From assembly GCA_038143735.1 (NCBI GenBank), contig JAYQML010000002.1, positions 224,992-288,991 on the forward strand: DNA of 64,000 bases, written 5' to 3'. The DNA is from Flavobacteriaceae bacterium. Lineage in GTDB: Bacteria; Bacteroidota; Bacteroidia; Flavobacteriales; Flavobacteriaceae. This document shows positions 1 through 11,465 of this stretch, in pieces (the first letter of the stretch is position 1; each line of letters begins with the position of its first letter). The notes beneath the pieces were generated by a model, which was not told the origin of the DNA, did no database searches, and was given only the letters and a program-made list of their open reading frames with translations. The translations under genes and the position numbers were made by a program.

Positions 1-2256
1 AGGCTAGTCAGCTAAATTCTCCTTTCCTATACATCAATGGACTTAGCGCAGGTATTGGGAGTAATGATATTGGACTCGATCGGGGACAATTGGGAAACGA
101 GCGTGTCGTGCATTTTTCTAAAATGGGCAATAAGCTTATGTTGGTTCAGCCAAATTTAGACTACAGAAGTACTTCAGACAATGTGTTGGAGCAGGCCTCT
201 ATTGCGCAAGCATTTGCGAAATCAGTGTTGTTTGGTTTCCCTATTATTGAGTCCACTCCCAATGATTACATCATTGACATGACTCCATTTTTAATGCAGG
301 ATGCACATGGTGTAGGACAACGCTTAAAAAGTGCAAAGCAAGGGAGTTATAGCGTAGATAAAAGCCGATCTGCCATTGCACTGGAGCGTACGAAGAATTT
401 CCCTAACAATAGTGAATTTGATGTGTTGCTTACCTTTAGTGGAAATCCGCAAGGTCGCTTAATTGGCTCCGTTACTCCAACACCGAATAGCGTTACAGTT
501 CATCAACACCATTCTTTTGTTCAGCTTCCCGATGTCCCTTTTAAAGCAAGGAAATTTGATCCCCGTTCTGGGGCTATCCCTTTTAGTTATAATGATTATT
601 CAACTCCAGTAAATGCCGCTACAAAGCAACGGTTTACCTTGCGTCATCGCTTGGAAAAAAAGACCCTAGCGCCCCTATGAGTGAGGCAGTAGCCCCGATT
701 GTTTATTACCTCGATAATGGAACGCCAGAGCCCGTTCGATCGGCCTTATTGGAAGGAGGAAATGGTGGAATCAAGCCTTTGAAGCTGCAGGGTATTCCAA
801 TGCATTTCAGTTAAAAATATTACCCGACGACGCAGATCCAATGGATGTACGTTACAATGTCATCCAATGGGTGCATCGTTCTACTAGAGGGTGGAGCTAT
901 GGAGCTAGCGTAGTTGATCCACGTTCTGGTGAAATACTCAAAGGACATGTTAGTTTGGGAAGTTTACGTATTCGACAAGATTTTATGATTGCACAGGCTT
1001 TAACCGATCAGCCTTATGCAGATAACACAACCGACGATGCGCCCATGTTAGCCCTCGCCTTGGCGAGAATCCGCCAGCTTTCTGCTCATGAAATTGGTCA
1101 TACATTAGGTTTTGCACATAATTTTGCTGCTAGTGTAAAAGATCGCGCTTCAGTAATGGATTATCCGCATCCAAGTTTGAAATTAGTGGACGGCAAAATA
1201 AGCTATGAAGATGCTTATGCTACTGGTATAGGAGATTGGGATAAAGTGTCCGTCAAATATGCTTATAGTGATTTTCCAGCTGGTACAAACGAAACAGCTG
1301 CTTTAAATGAGATCCTAGAACAAAGCAGGGCAGCAGGACATCGTTTTATCTCTGATAGGGATGCTCGACCCATTGGAGGTGCCCATCCCTATGCTCATCT
1401 TTGGGACAATGGAAGCTCAGCTCTAGCCGAGTATAAAAAGCTTTTATCCATACGTTCCATTGCAATGAAAAACTTTTCTATGGATCAGTTGAAAGATGGG
1501 GAGCCATTATCTGTTTTACGCGATCGGTTGGTGCCACTCTATTTCTTACACCGTTATCAATTGGAAGCAGTGGTTAAACTCATTGGTGGGCAAGAATATG
1601 AGTATGCTGTAAAAGGGGCGGCAAGTGAAGGAGTAAAAACCGTTTCTGTTCAAGAACAACGTGCTGCTCTTAGCGCCATCGTAAACTCGTTAGATTCGAC
1701 AAATTTATCCATACCAGCAAAATTGCGTTCACTTTTGCCGCCATATGCTTATGGTTACGGGTCTTCACGAGAAAGCTTTGCCACCCAGACTGGCTTAACC
1801 TTTGACCCAATGGCAGCTGCGCATACCCTAAGCGATGCGATGTTGCAAATGGTATTGCACCCGCAGCGTGCAGCTCGATTGGTTCAACAGAACGCTTTTG
1901 ACGCAAAACAATTGGGTTTAAGCGAGACAATCGCTACGCTGATTAAGCATGCTTTTAAAACCAAAGCAAATGGAGCAGAGGCCAAAGCAATTCAGACGGT
2001 CGTTCAAGGAAATCTGTTGCAGCAATTGATGCGTTTGGGACAGAGTACAGTTGTCCCCAATGCCGTTCGCGGAGAAGTATATGAACAATTATATCAGCTG
2101 AGTACGTGGCTTAAACAACAGCACAACTTCAATTTGAAGCACTACTATCAAAACATGATTCAACACTATTTTGATCAGCCAACGCGCATATCCCCAATCA
2201 CTACCCCTAAAATTCCCGATGGATCGCCCATTGGATCTAGTCTACGTTGCCAGTAA
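1..2256 (+). CDS. Zinc-dependent metalloprotease (DUF5117/DUF4953-type); 5' end lies outside the window; frameshifted near 660-770
   Basis: ORFs 90-680 and 841-2256 are linked by coding sequence in shifted frames; zincin motif HEIGHTLGFAHN and SVMDY Met-turn. Confidence 0.8.
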
Positions 2257-3284
2257 ATGATGGAAGTAAACTTAATTAGTGATACGGTCACTCGGCCGTC
2301 AAAAGCAATGATGGAACATATGTTTCAGTCTGCTGTTGGAGATGACGTTTTTAAAGAAGATCCAAGCGTAAATGCCCTTGAAGCTAAGGTAGCAAACATG
2401 TTTGCCAAAGAAGCAGCTTTGTTTTTTCCTTCAGGTACCATGGCCAATCAGACGGCGATTAAACTTCATACCCAACCGGGGGAACAAGTGATTTGCGATC
2501 ATTATGCACATATTTTTAATTATGAAGGAGGAGGAGCTAGTTTTAACAGTGGAGTTTCTTGCGGACTTATTGAGGGCGAACGCGGTCGTATTACTGCTGC
2601 ACAAATAAAAGCAAAAATTAATCCATCTGACTTTTATCATGCGCCAAAAACAGCCCTGGTTGTGTTGGAAAACTCTACCAATAAAGGGGTGGAGCTTGCT
2701 ATTCTTCTGAAGCGATTGAACGCATTCATCAACTTTGTAAAGAAGAACAACTTCCCTTGCATTTAGATGGAGCAAGATTGTGGAATGCCATGCGGGCTAC
2801 ATCCACTAGTCCTGCATTTTATGGGGAATATTTTGACACTATCTCAGTGTGTTTCAGCAAAGGCTTGGGTGCTCCTATTGGGTCAGCTCTGGTGGGTAGT
2901 AGAGAAGCGATGAAAAAAGCATTACGGATTCGAAAAATGCTCGGAGGGGGAATGCGTCAAGCAGGCTATTTGGCAGCAGCGGCAAGCTATGCCATAGATC
3001 ATCATTGGCAAGAACTCGACAAAGATCATGAACGCGCCAAGGAGTTGGGGCAAGCTTTGCTGCAGCTCGAAAAGGTTCGCTATTTAGCACCTGTAGACAC
3101 AAATATTGTCATTTTTGAATTGGAAACACCCGCATTGGAGGCTCGATTTATGCATGCAATGGAAGAAAAAAATATTCAGCTTATCAGTATGGGTAACGGT
3201 AAGCTACGTTTTGTAACCCATAGAGATTATACTGAAGCACAGCACGACTATGTGTTGGATTGTCTTGGAAAGTTGAGACTATAA
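2257..3284 (+). CDS. ltaE: Low-specificity L-threonine aldolase, frameshifted near 2690
   Basis: SDTVTRP, GDDVFKEDP, PSGTMANQ in ORF 2257-2766; HLDGARLWNA and CFSKGLGAPIGS in ORF 2757-3284. Confidence 0.85.
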
Positions 3285-3376
3285 ATCTTCATGTTTTAAC
3301 CGTTCTGCTTCATCAACTCATTGAAGACCCTTATTTTTGTGCCATTCATCTTTTGGTGATCCATAAAATATCATAA

Positions 3377-5443
3377 ATGAAGCCCAGTAAAACATTCCTG
3401 CCTCCATCTGCAAAACAAAAGCCACATGAACATAAGATACACGATGATATTAGAATCGATCCATTTTTTTGGTTGAACGAGCGTGAAAATCCAGATGTGA
3501 TCGACTATTTAGAACGTGAAAATGCTTATTACCAAGAATCGACTAAAGACCTCGTACCCCTACAAGAAAGTCTTTTTGAAGAGATGAAGGCACGTATCAA
3601 AGAGGAAGACAATTCGGTACCCTATTTTTATAATGGATACTGGTACATTACCCGTTATGAAGAAGGACAGGATTACCCCATTTATACGCGTAAAAAAAAG
3701 TCCTTAACGGCTACCGAAGAAATTCTGTTTGATTGTAATGAAATGGCCAAGGGACACACTTATTTCCGTTTGGTAGGCATTAATATTAGTCCTGATAATA
3801 CGAAAGTAATTTTTGGGATTGATACGGTTTCCAGACGTCAATACCGTTTGAAGGTGAAGGATTTAGTTAGTGGAAAAATTTACGACACCTCCATTGCAAA
3901 TACTACAGGCAGTAGTGTTTGGGCGAGTGATAATACTTATTTTTTCTTTACCAAGAAAAATCCGACAACATTACGATCTGAGGCGATCTACCGTCATTCT
4001 ATAACTGATCTTCTTGCAAAAAGCACACTTATTTTTGAAGAAAAAGATGAAACCTATTCTACCTTCGTTAGCGGCTCAAAATCTGAAGAATATATATTCA
4101 TAGGATCCTATAGTACTTTGACGACTGAATATCAATACTTGAAGGCGAACAATCCGCTCGGTAAATTTAGCCTAGTTCAACAGCGGACGAAAAATTTGGA
4201 GTATAGTATCGCTCACTACGGAGATCACTTTTATCTTTTAACGAATGCTGACAAAGCTGAGAATTACAAAATAATGAAAACTCCTGTAGGGACAACATCC
4301 AAGGAACATTGGGTAGAGGTTCTCCCACATCGTAGCAATGTATTGTTAGAGGATATTGAACTATTCAATGATTATTGGGTTATTACTGAACGGGAAAATG
4401 GCTTAGCTAGGATACGTATTCAGCGCTGGGATGGAACGGATGACTATTACTTGCCACTAGAGGGTGAAACCTACACGGTTTATATTAGTACAAACATCGT
4501 TTTTGATACAACAAAATTGCGCTATATATACAATTCTATGAGCACACCAAGTTCGGTCGTAGAATTCGACATGGCGCGTAAGGAGCAAATTGTGCTTAAG
4601 GAGCAAGCAGTACTGGGAGGGCAGTTTAATAAAGCGAATTATGTTTCGAAACGACTTTGGGCGAAAGCGGTTGATGGAACCAAAATTCCAATCTCCTTGG
4701 TTCATCATAAGGATACATTACTCAGTTCGAATACCCCAATTTTGCAATACGCTTATGGTTCTTATGGTTCGACCATTGACCCGGGTTTTTCAAGTGCCCG
4801 ATTGAGCTTGTTGGACAGAGGTTTTGCCTATGCTATTGCGCACGTAAGGGGAGGAGAATACCTTGGTAGAAACTGGTACGAACAAGGCAAGATGCTGCAC
4901 AAGAAAAATACCTTCACAGATTTTATTGATTGTTCAAAGTATTTAATCGCAAAGGGATATACTTCAGCGAAACATCTCTATGCCTATGGTGGTTCTGCTG
5001 GAGGTTTACTCATGGGCGTTGTGGTGAACGATGCTCCCGAACTATACAATGGTGTAATCGCTGCAGTTCCTTTTGTCGATGTTGTAACGACCATGCTAGA
5101 CGATACTATTCCCCTGACAACCAGTGAATATGACGAATGGGGAAATCCGAATGACAAAACTTTTTATGAATACATTAAATCGTATTCCCCCTATGACAAC
5201 ATAAAAGAGCAAGCCTACCCCAACCTGTTAGTTACAACAGGTCTACACGATTCCCAGGTGCAATATTGGGAACCTGCTAAATGGGTGGCTCAATTGCGTT
5301 TGCACAAGAAAGATGAAACGGTACTTTATTTAGACACCAATATGAGTGCTGGACACGGAGGCGCGTCTGGACGATTTGACGCATTAAAGGAAACCGCAAA
5401 GAAATATGCTTTTCTCCTTGCTTTTGAAAAATCTGAAAACTGA
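3377..5443 (+). CDS. ptrB: Oligopeptidase B (S9A family)
   Basis: 688 aa; GGSAGG catalytic Ser motif, HDSQVQYWEPAKW, AGHGGASGRF. Confidence 0.9.
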   Translation: MKPSKTFLPPSAKQKPHEHKIHDDIRIDPFFWLNERENPDVIDYLERENAYYQESTKDLVPLQESLFEEMKARIKEEDNSVPYFYNGYWYITRYEEGQDYPIYTRKKKSLTATEEILFDCNEMAKGHTYFRLVGINISPDNTKVIFGIDTVSRRQYRLKVKDLVSGKIYDTSIANTTGSSVWASDNTYFFFTKKNPTTLRSEAIYRHSITDLLAKSTLIFEEKDETYSTFVSGSKSEEYIFIGSYSTLTTEYQYLKANNPLGKFSLVQQRTKNLEYSIAHYGDHFYLLTNADKAENYKIMKTPVGTTSKEHWVEVLPHRSNVLLEDIELFNDYWVITERENGLARIRIQRWDGTDDYYLPLEGETYTVYISTNIVFDTTKLRYIYNSMSTPSSVVEFDMARKEQIVLKEQAVLGGQFNKANYVSKRLWAKAVDGTKIPISLVHHKDTLLSSNTPILQYAYGSYGSTIDPGFSSARLSLLDRGFAYAIAHVRGGEYLGRNWYEQGKMLHKKNTFTDFIDCSKYLIAKGYTSAKHLYAYGGSAGGLLMGVVVNDAPELYNGVIAAVPFVDVVTTMLDDTIPLTTSEYDEWGNPNDKTFYEYIKSYSPYDNIKEQAYPNLLVTTGLHDSQVQYWEPAKWVAQLRLHKKDETVLYLDTNMSAGHGGASGRFDALKETAKKYAFLLAFEKSEN

Positions 5444-5488
5444 TATTTTTTCCTTAAATTTGGATGTTTTTTAAAACAAGACCACTCT

Positions 5489-6527
5489 ATGAAACCAGGA
5501 TTTGAGTCCTACCCTAACTTACTATCGTTGATAGGCAATACCCCTCTCATTAAATTAAACAGAGTTGTTGAAGATTTCAAGGGAAATTTTTTCGCTAAAT
5601 GGGAAGCCTTTAACCCTGGGCATTCAAACAAAGACCGTATCGCTCTTCATATAATTAGTGAGGCTGAGCGACAAGGTCTTGTTCAAAAAGGCACCACTAT
5701 AATTGAGACTACTTCGGGGAATACGGGTTTTAGTTTAGCCATGGTATCCATGATCAAAGGGTATAACTGTATTTTAGCCGTTAGCTCAAAATCTTCTGAA
5801 GATAAAATAAATATGCTGCGCTCTATGGGAGCAAAGGTCTATGTTTGTCCTGCAAATGTAAAAGCGGATGATCCACGATCTTATTATCAAGTAGCGAAGC
5901 GAATACACGAGGAGACCAGTAATTCAATTTATATCAATCAGTATTTTAATTCGCTCAATACTGATGCACATTATAACACAACTGGTCCCGAAATTTGGAA
6001 ACAAACTGGCGGTAAAATAACCCATCTTATTGCCTGTAGCGGAACTGGAGGAACAATTTCTGGTTGTGCGCGTTACCTCAAAGAGCAGAACCCTTCCATT
6101 CGAATCATTGGTGTGGATGCCTATGGATCAGTTTTAAAGAAATACCACGAAACACAAGAGTTAGACCCAAAGGAAATTTATCCTTATCGTATTGAAGGTT
6201 TGGGGAAAACCTAATTCCAACTGCTACAGACTTCGAAGTTATCGATCACTTTGTTAAAGTTTCCGATGAGGAAAGTGCACATATGGCACGTTCCATCACA
6301 AAAAGGAGGGAATGTTTGTTGGCTACACTTCTGGCGCCGTTGTTCAAGCCATAAAACAATTGAGTCAATCGGGCGAATTTAACGATAACAGCAATATTGT
6401 TGGAATATTTCCTGATCATGGTTCACGCTACATGAGCAAAATATACAGCGATAAATGGATGAAAGAGCAAGGGTTTTTTGATTCCGATCATGCAGAAGAT
6501 CCAAAAAAAGTAGAGTATATTCAATAA
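5489..6527 (+). CDS. PLP-dependent cysteine synthase/CBS-family enzyme, probable cysteate synthase (CapA-like); frameshifted near 6210 and 6305
   Basis: [39 protein letters not shown] motifs across ORFs 5489-6214 and 6312-6527. Confidence 0.75.
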
Positions 6528-6548
6528 AAGAATTCACGAAGAAAGCAA

Positions 6549-7805
6549 ATGAAGATGAAAGACATATTTGATCGAATACTAGAAAATAAAGGACCTTTGG
6601 GGAAATGGGCTTCTGTTGCGGAAGGCTATTTTGTTTTTCCAAAATTAGAGGGACCCATTTCTAACCGGATGAAATTTAATGGAAAAGAAGTCATTACCTG
6701 GAGTGTTAATGACTATTTGGGTCTAGCAAATCAACCCGAAATTAGACAAGTTGATGCTGATGCAGCCCTTAAGCATGGTTCAGCACACCCCATGGGAGCA
6801 AGAATGATGTCTGGCCATACAGATTTGCACGAGCAGTTGGAAAGAGAACTAGCTGAGTTTGTCAACAAAGAAGCGGCCTATGTGCTCAACTTTGGCTACC
6901 AAGGTATTTTATCGACCATCGATACCCTCGTTTCAAAGAATGATGTGATTGTTTATGACGTAGATGCACATGCATGTATCATTGACGGTGTACGCCTTCA
7001 TCCTGGAAAGCGTTTCACCTATCAACACAACGATATTGAAAGCCTTGAAAAGAACTTGGAACGCGCCACTAAAATGGCCGAACAAACTGGCGGAGGGATC
7101 TTGGTCATCTCGGAAGGGGTGTTTGGTATGCGTGGAGAGCAAGGACGCTTAAAAGAGATCGTTGCCCTTAAAGAAAAATTCCAGTTCCGTTTATTGGTCG
7201 ATGACGCCCACGGTTTTGGAACCCTTGGTGAACGCGGAGCAGGAGCAGGAGAGGAGCAAGGCGTGCAAGACGACATCGATGTTTACTTTGCCACCTTTGC
7301 GAAATCCATGGCTTCTACAGGAGCCTTTATCGCTGCCGACAAAGAAATTATTGACTATTTAAAGTACAATATGCGCTCCCAAATGTTTGCTAAATCCTTG
7401 CAATCTGTTCTAGTGGAAGGTGCCCTCAAAAGACTCGAAATGTTGCGAACGCGTCCAGAATTTAAAGCCAAGTTGTGGGAAAATGTCAATGCGCTTCAAG
7501 ACGGTCTAAAAGAGCGTGGCTTTGACATTGGAACTACCCAGAGTTGTGTTACCCCCGTTTACTTAAAAGGGAGTATCCCTGAGGCCATGGTTTTGGTAAA
7601 GGATTTGCGCGAAAATTACGGAATATTTTGCTCTATTGTTGTATATCCGGTTATTCCTAAAGGGTTGATTTTACTTCGTCTAATCCCTACAGCGACCCAC
7701 ACCCTAGAGGACGTTTCCATTACCCTCGATGCTTTTTCTTCCATTCGTGAGAAATTGGAAAATGGAATCTATAAGCGTATGTCAGCAGCGATAACAGTTT
7801 CCTGA
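6549..7805 (+). CDS. Alpha-oxoamine synthase family enzyme, probable cysteate acyltransferase (CapB/SulA-like)
   Basis: NDYLGL, HACIIDG, VDDAHGFG and TFAKS PLP-lysine motif; directly downstream of the cysteine-synthase-like gene. Confidence 0.7.
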   Translation: MKMKDIFDRILENKGPLGKWASVAEGYFVFPKLEGPISNRMKFNGKEVITWSVNDYLGLANQPEIRQVDADAALKHGSAHPMGARMMSGHTDLHEQLERELAEFVNKEAAYVLNFGYQGILSTIDTLVSKNDVIVYDVDAHACIIDGVRLHPGKRFTYQHNDIESLEKNLERATKMAEQTGGGILVISEGVFGMRGEQGRLKEIVALKEKFQFRLLVDDAHGFGTLGERGAGAGEEQGVQDDIDVYFATFAKSMASTGAFIAADKEIIDYLKYNMRSQMFAKSLQSVLVEGALKRLEMLRTRPEFKAKLWENVNALQDGLKERGFDIGTTQSCVTPVYLKGSIPEAMVLVKDLRENYGIFCSIVVYPVIPKGLILLRLIPTATHTLEDVSITLDAFSSIREKLENGIYKRMSAAITVS

Positions 7806-7831
7806 TAGCTGTTATGTTTTATTAGAAATTT

Positions 7832-7866
7832 AAAAAGGCGCTTAAAAAGCGCCTTTTATTTTTTTG
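7832..7866. terminator. Bidirectional intrinsic terminator
   Basis: AAAAGGCGCTT-AAA-AAGCGCCTTTT hairpin between convergent genes, with A and T tails. Confidence 0.85.
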
Positions 7867-7886
7867 TGTGATAAGAATACTGCGCA

Positions 7887-9002
7887 TTAATCATTCAACA
7901 TAACCGGCATAACCAACATAGTCACTTGTTCACCCTCTTCGATACCATCGAGGGGAGTAATGATACCTGCTCTGTTGGGCATGGACATGGCTATAGAGAT
8001 TTCTTCGGCACCCAGATTATTGAGCATTTCGATTAAAAAGCGGGAATTGAATCCAATTTGTAGATCATCTCCTGCATAACTACAGCTTAAGCGTTCTTCT
8101 GCTTTGTTACTAAAGTCGTAGTCTTCGGCCGATATATTCAATTCTGCTCCTGCAATTTTTAAACGTATTTGGTGGGTAGTCTTGTTAGAGAAAATACTCA
8201 CCCGACGCAGGGAGTTAAGCAATGTTTCTCTGTGTATTGTGAGCACATTTGGGTTTTCCTTAGGAATAACCGCTTCGTAATTAGGATATTTTCCTTCAAT
8301 TAGGCGACAACTAAGTGTGGTTGATCCGAAAGAAAACTGCGCATTGGTTTCGTTGTATTCCACATTGATGTCTTCTTCACTCCCCTGTAAGATCCCTTTT
8401 AGTATTTGGAGGGCTTTTTTGGGCATTATAAACGCTGCTGTCCCCGAGGCGGAAACATCCGATCGGGTATATTTTACAAGTTTGTGTGCGTCTGTGGCTA
8501 CAAAGGTGAGCCCTTCGGATGAAAACTGAAAAAAGACTCCACTCATTACTGGACGAAGATCATCGTTCCCAGAAGCAAAAAGGGTAGTGTTGATGGCATT
8601 GGCCAGGGTGTCTCCCATGATTATTGTTTTGCTTGGGTCTTTAATATGAACGGCCTTAGGAAACTCATCACCAGCCAAATAGGCAAGGCTGTATTTACCA
8701 TTGTTTGCGCTGATTTCGATGGTATTGTTTTCTGCAGTGAAAGTAAGCGGTTGCTCGGGGAAAGTTTTTAGCGTATCTAGCAACAAGCGTGCTGGTACAG
8801 CAATGTTTCCGGTGGAGTTAGATTCTACAGTGATGCTTGCAGACATGCTCGTTTCTAGGTCGGAGGCTGTAATGGTGAGTCTATCCTGATGGAGTTCGAA
8901 TAAGAAATTATCGAGTATAGGTAGTGTGTTTGAAGCGTTTATCACTCCTCCCAACACTTGTAATTGTTTTAATAATTGACTACTTGAGACAATGAATTTC
9001 AT
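7887..9002 (-). CDS. dnaN: DNA polymerase III beta clamp
   Basis: MKFIVSS...LPILDNFLF, ASDLE, VATDAHKL, GFNSRFL, MLVMPV. Confidence 0.95.
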   Translation of the reverse strand: MKFIVSSSQLLKQLQVLGGVINASNTLPILDNFLFELHQDRLTITASDLETSMSASITVESNSTGNIAVPARLLLDTLKTFPEQPLTFTAENNTIEISANNGKYSLAYLAGDEFPKAVHIKDPSKTIIMGDTLANAINTTLFASGNDDLRPVMSGVFFQFSSEGLTFVATDAHKLVKYTRSDVSASGTAAFIMPKKALQILKGILQGSEEDINVEYNETNAQFSFGSTTLSCRLIEGKYPNYEAVIPKENPNVLTIHRETLLNSLRRVSIFSNKTTHQIRLKIAGAELNISAEDYDFSNKAEERLSCSYAGDDLQIGFNSRFLIEMLNNLGAEEISIAMSMPNRAGIITPLDGIEEGEQVTMLVMPVMLND

Positions 9003-9069
9003 GGGCTAGATATTTTGTATTTCAAATATATCTGAAAAGACAGCAACCAAAAAAGAAACTTATCAAAAG

Positions 9070-10752
9070 TTATTGACGAAAAAGCTGCTTTCTTCTGATA
9101 TATAAAAACGTCCCGAATACTCCCAGAAGAATCAGAGGAGAGAGAAAGGCCGTATACTGTATTCTTTTCCCACTATTGACTAACAATGTTTTATCCAAAA
9201 AGGCGAGTTGAATGTCTTTTGAGCGGAGATTGAGACGCTCTTTTTCCCCAATAAGGTAGTGTACTGTATTGTGTAAAAAAGCCTTGTTGGCGTATAAGTT
9301 ATTGGTCCATTTATCATAGCCTAACTCCAAAGCTTCACCGCTATTTAGTTGGTTTTCCGCAATGTTACCATCTGAAAAAATAGCCATTTTTGCTGGTGTT
9401 ACGGTTGAAGTAGATTTCCAAGAAAAGGGTGCAATCCGGTTTTCAAAGAGCGAAGGAAAGACTCCCTCTAATAAAACAGCTGTTGCTCTACCATCTTCAT
9501 CGAATAAGGAAGGTTTTAGGGGCTGGGTGGCTTCTTTTAAGGCGATAAGAAAGGGCGGGGTTTTGCGTTTAGATCTGTTTGAACTTGTGAGTAATACGGT
9601 TTTTTTAAGCGAATTCTTGAGTGTATCGATTGAACTTGTGAATCGGTGGTGAACATTACCAATAGCACTTCCGATAGGGTGGTTGGTTGAAGGCATAATC
9701 AGTGGATGATATACCCATGGATATGGTTTGTATTCTGAGGAAGCGTTTTTCCCCTGGGCAAGAACGATAGGAGCGCTGTAAAGATCAGTAATAAGATCTT
9801 TATTAAGACGAACCCCATATTTAAAAAACATTTCATCTAGTTCATTCTTTACTGGGTAAACCACTGCATCCCCCTGAAGAACAAACAAGCTATCTTGAGC
9901 AACTTCCACAGGATCAATAAGAAAAAGGCTGTTTCCTCCCTGTAGTGTGTATTGATCAAACATGAATTTTTCCTCTATTGTAAAAACCTCTTTTGGGTTA
10001 GAAACAATGACTAAATCAAATCGATTTAAATTTTCAAGGGTTTTTTCCGGTGCGTCTGGAAATGCTTTCAAATTAAAGGGCGCAAGGTTGTAATAGGGCT
10101 GAAGCCCTTGCAAGAAACTCAATAATTTTGCATCCTCAGAAGTAGCATGAGACTTAATCACGGCAATTCGTTTCTTCTTTTGTAGCAGTAGTTTATGAAT
10201 GCCGTCGAGAATGTTGTATTCTAGTTGTTGTATAGATTGTTCCATACGCATCTCTGCAGTGTCGCCGAGATTCTTTTGCAGTAAGGGAACGCGTGAGGAC
10301 TTGTTTCCTGTGTTAAGGATTAACCAAGGCACAACAACGGTTTGCGCTGTGGATTGGTTCTCTTGGTCGATTTCGATTTCAGGATTTAGGCCGTAGCGAT
10401 AAAGATCGTTAATGATTTTTTCGGGTGAGGTATCTTCGTCGAATGGATCAACAAAATCGTACTGAATGAAGTCATTTGTGCGTATTAATTGATCCAACAC
10501 TACAGTTAATTCAGTCCGCAATCGCTGATAGTTCGGGGGTAGATCTCCTCCCAGAAGTACTTCGATCTTCAAAGGTCGCTCCAATTGTTGAACAACCGCA
10601 AGCGTGTTCTTCGATAAAGTATAGCGCTTATCGTTGGTTAAATCCCACTGGATATCAACTGCAGAAATTCCTTTCATCAACAACATCATGCCTAGGATGC
10701 AAATAATCAACGTTTTTGACGGTTTGATTTTTTCATTGACTTCGTTTTTCAA
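9070..10752 (-). CDS. gldG: Gliding motility ABC transporter-associated protein GldG
   Basis: WDLTNDKRYTLS near N-terminus, LELGYDKWT near C-terminus, terminal TM helices; adjacent to gldF. Confidence 0.85.
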   Translation of the reverse strand: MKNEVNEKIKPSKTLIICILGMMLLMKGISAVDIQWDLTNDKRYTLSKNTLAVVQQLERPLKIEVLLGGDLPPNYQRLRTELTVVLDQLIRTNDFIQYDFVDPFDEDTSPEKIINDLYRYGLNPEIEIDQENQSTAQTVVVPWLILNTGNKSSRVPLLQKNLGDTAEMRMEQSIQQLEYNILDGIHKLLLQKKKRIAVIKSHATSEDAKLLSFLQGLQPYYNLAPFNLKAFPDAPEKTLENLNRFDLVIVSNPKEVFTIEEKFMFDQYTLQGGNSLFLIDPVEVAQDSLFVLQGDAVVYPVKNELDEMFFKYGVRLNKDLITDLYSAPIVLAQGKNASSEYKPYPWVYHPLIMPSTNHPIGSAIGNVHHRFTSSIDTLKNSLKKTVLLTSSNRSKRKTPPFLIALKEATQPLKPSLFDEDGRATAVLLEGVFPSLFENRIAPFSWKSTSTVTPAKMAIFSDGNIAENQLNSGEALELGYDKWTNNLYANKAFLHNTVHYLIGEKERLNLRSKDIQLAFLDKTLLVNSGKRIQYTAFLSPLILLGVFGTFLYIRRKQLFRQ

Positions 10753-11464
10753 GGTTTAGGTACGTCCAGTAAAGGAAGAAGAGCGTTTGTAGTCCAAAAT
10801 AGAACATATTTGAAAGGCGCAAAACACCCTTGTTCAATTCGGCATAGTGGTGTTGTAATGAAATACTCTTGATAAAGGCATAGGTATTGAAATCACCGAA
10901 AAGTAAAGCCAATTGTTGCCAGCCATAAAAATGAAAAACACTCACAAAAACGGCAATCAAAAAAGCAGAGAAAGGGCTATCTACAAGCGTCGAAGCCCAA
11001 ATGCTAATGGATGTTAATGTGGTGGCTAATAAGAATAAACCCAAAAACGAACCAGCATAGACGCCGTAGTCAAAGTATTGATTGGGTAGGAGTTGGTCTT
11101 TTATTAGAAATAAATAGAGTACACTTACGCTAAGTCCAATGCTTAAGGTAAAGAGTATAGCTAAAAACTTACCAAGGATTAAATCAGTTTTAGCCAAAGG
11201 CTTAGAGAGCAATAATTCCAATGTACCCAACTTTATTTCTTCTGAAAACGACTTCATTCCAAGGGCGGGGAGGAGGAAAATCAATAACCAAGGATTTAAC
11301 TCAAAAAACAAATTAAGATCGCCGAAGCCCGCAGTTAAAATATTCCAAGACGAGGGAAAAATCCATAACAAAAGTCCATTGAATAGCAAAAAACACCCCA
11401 GCGAGGAATACCCTAAAGAGCTATAAAATAAACTGGCTAATTCGCGCTTAAAAATTGTCCACAT
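10733..11464 (-). CDS. gldF: Gliding motility ABC transporter permease GldF
   Basis: MWTIFKREL start; MKSFSEEIKLGTLELLLSKP; multiple TM segments. Confidence 0.85.
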   Translation of the reverse strand: MWTIFKRELASLFYSSLGYSSLGCFLLFNGLLLWIFPSSWNILTAGFGDLNLFFELNPWLLIFLLPALGMKSFSEEIKLGTLELLLSKPLAKTDLILGKFLAILFTLSIGLSVSVLYLFLIKDQLLPNQYFDYGVYAGSFLGLFLLATTLTSISIWASTLVDSPFSAFLIAVFVSVFHFYGWQQLALLFGDFNTYAFIKSISLQHHYAELNKGVLRLSNMFYFGLQTLFFLYWTYLNLEKRSQ

Positions 11465-11465
11465 A

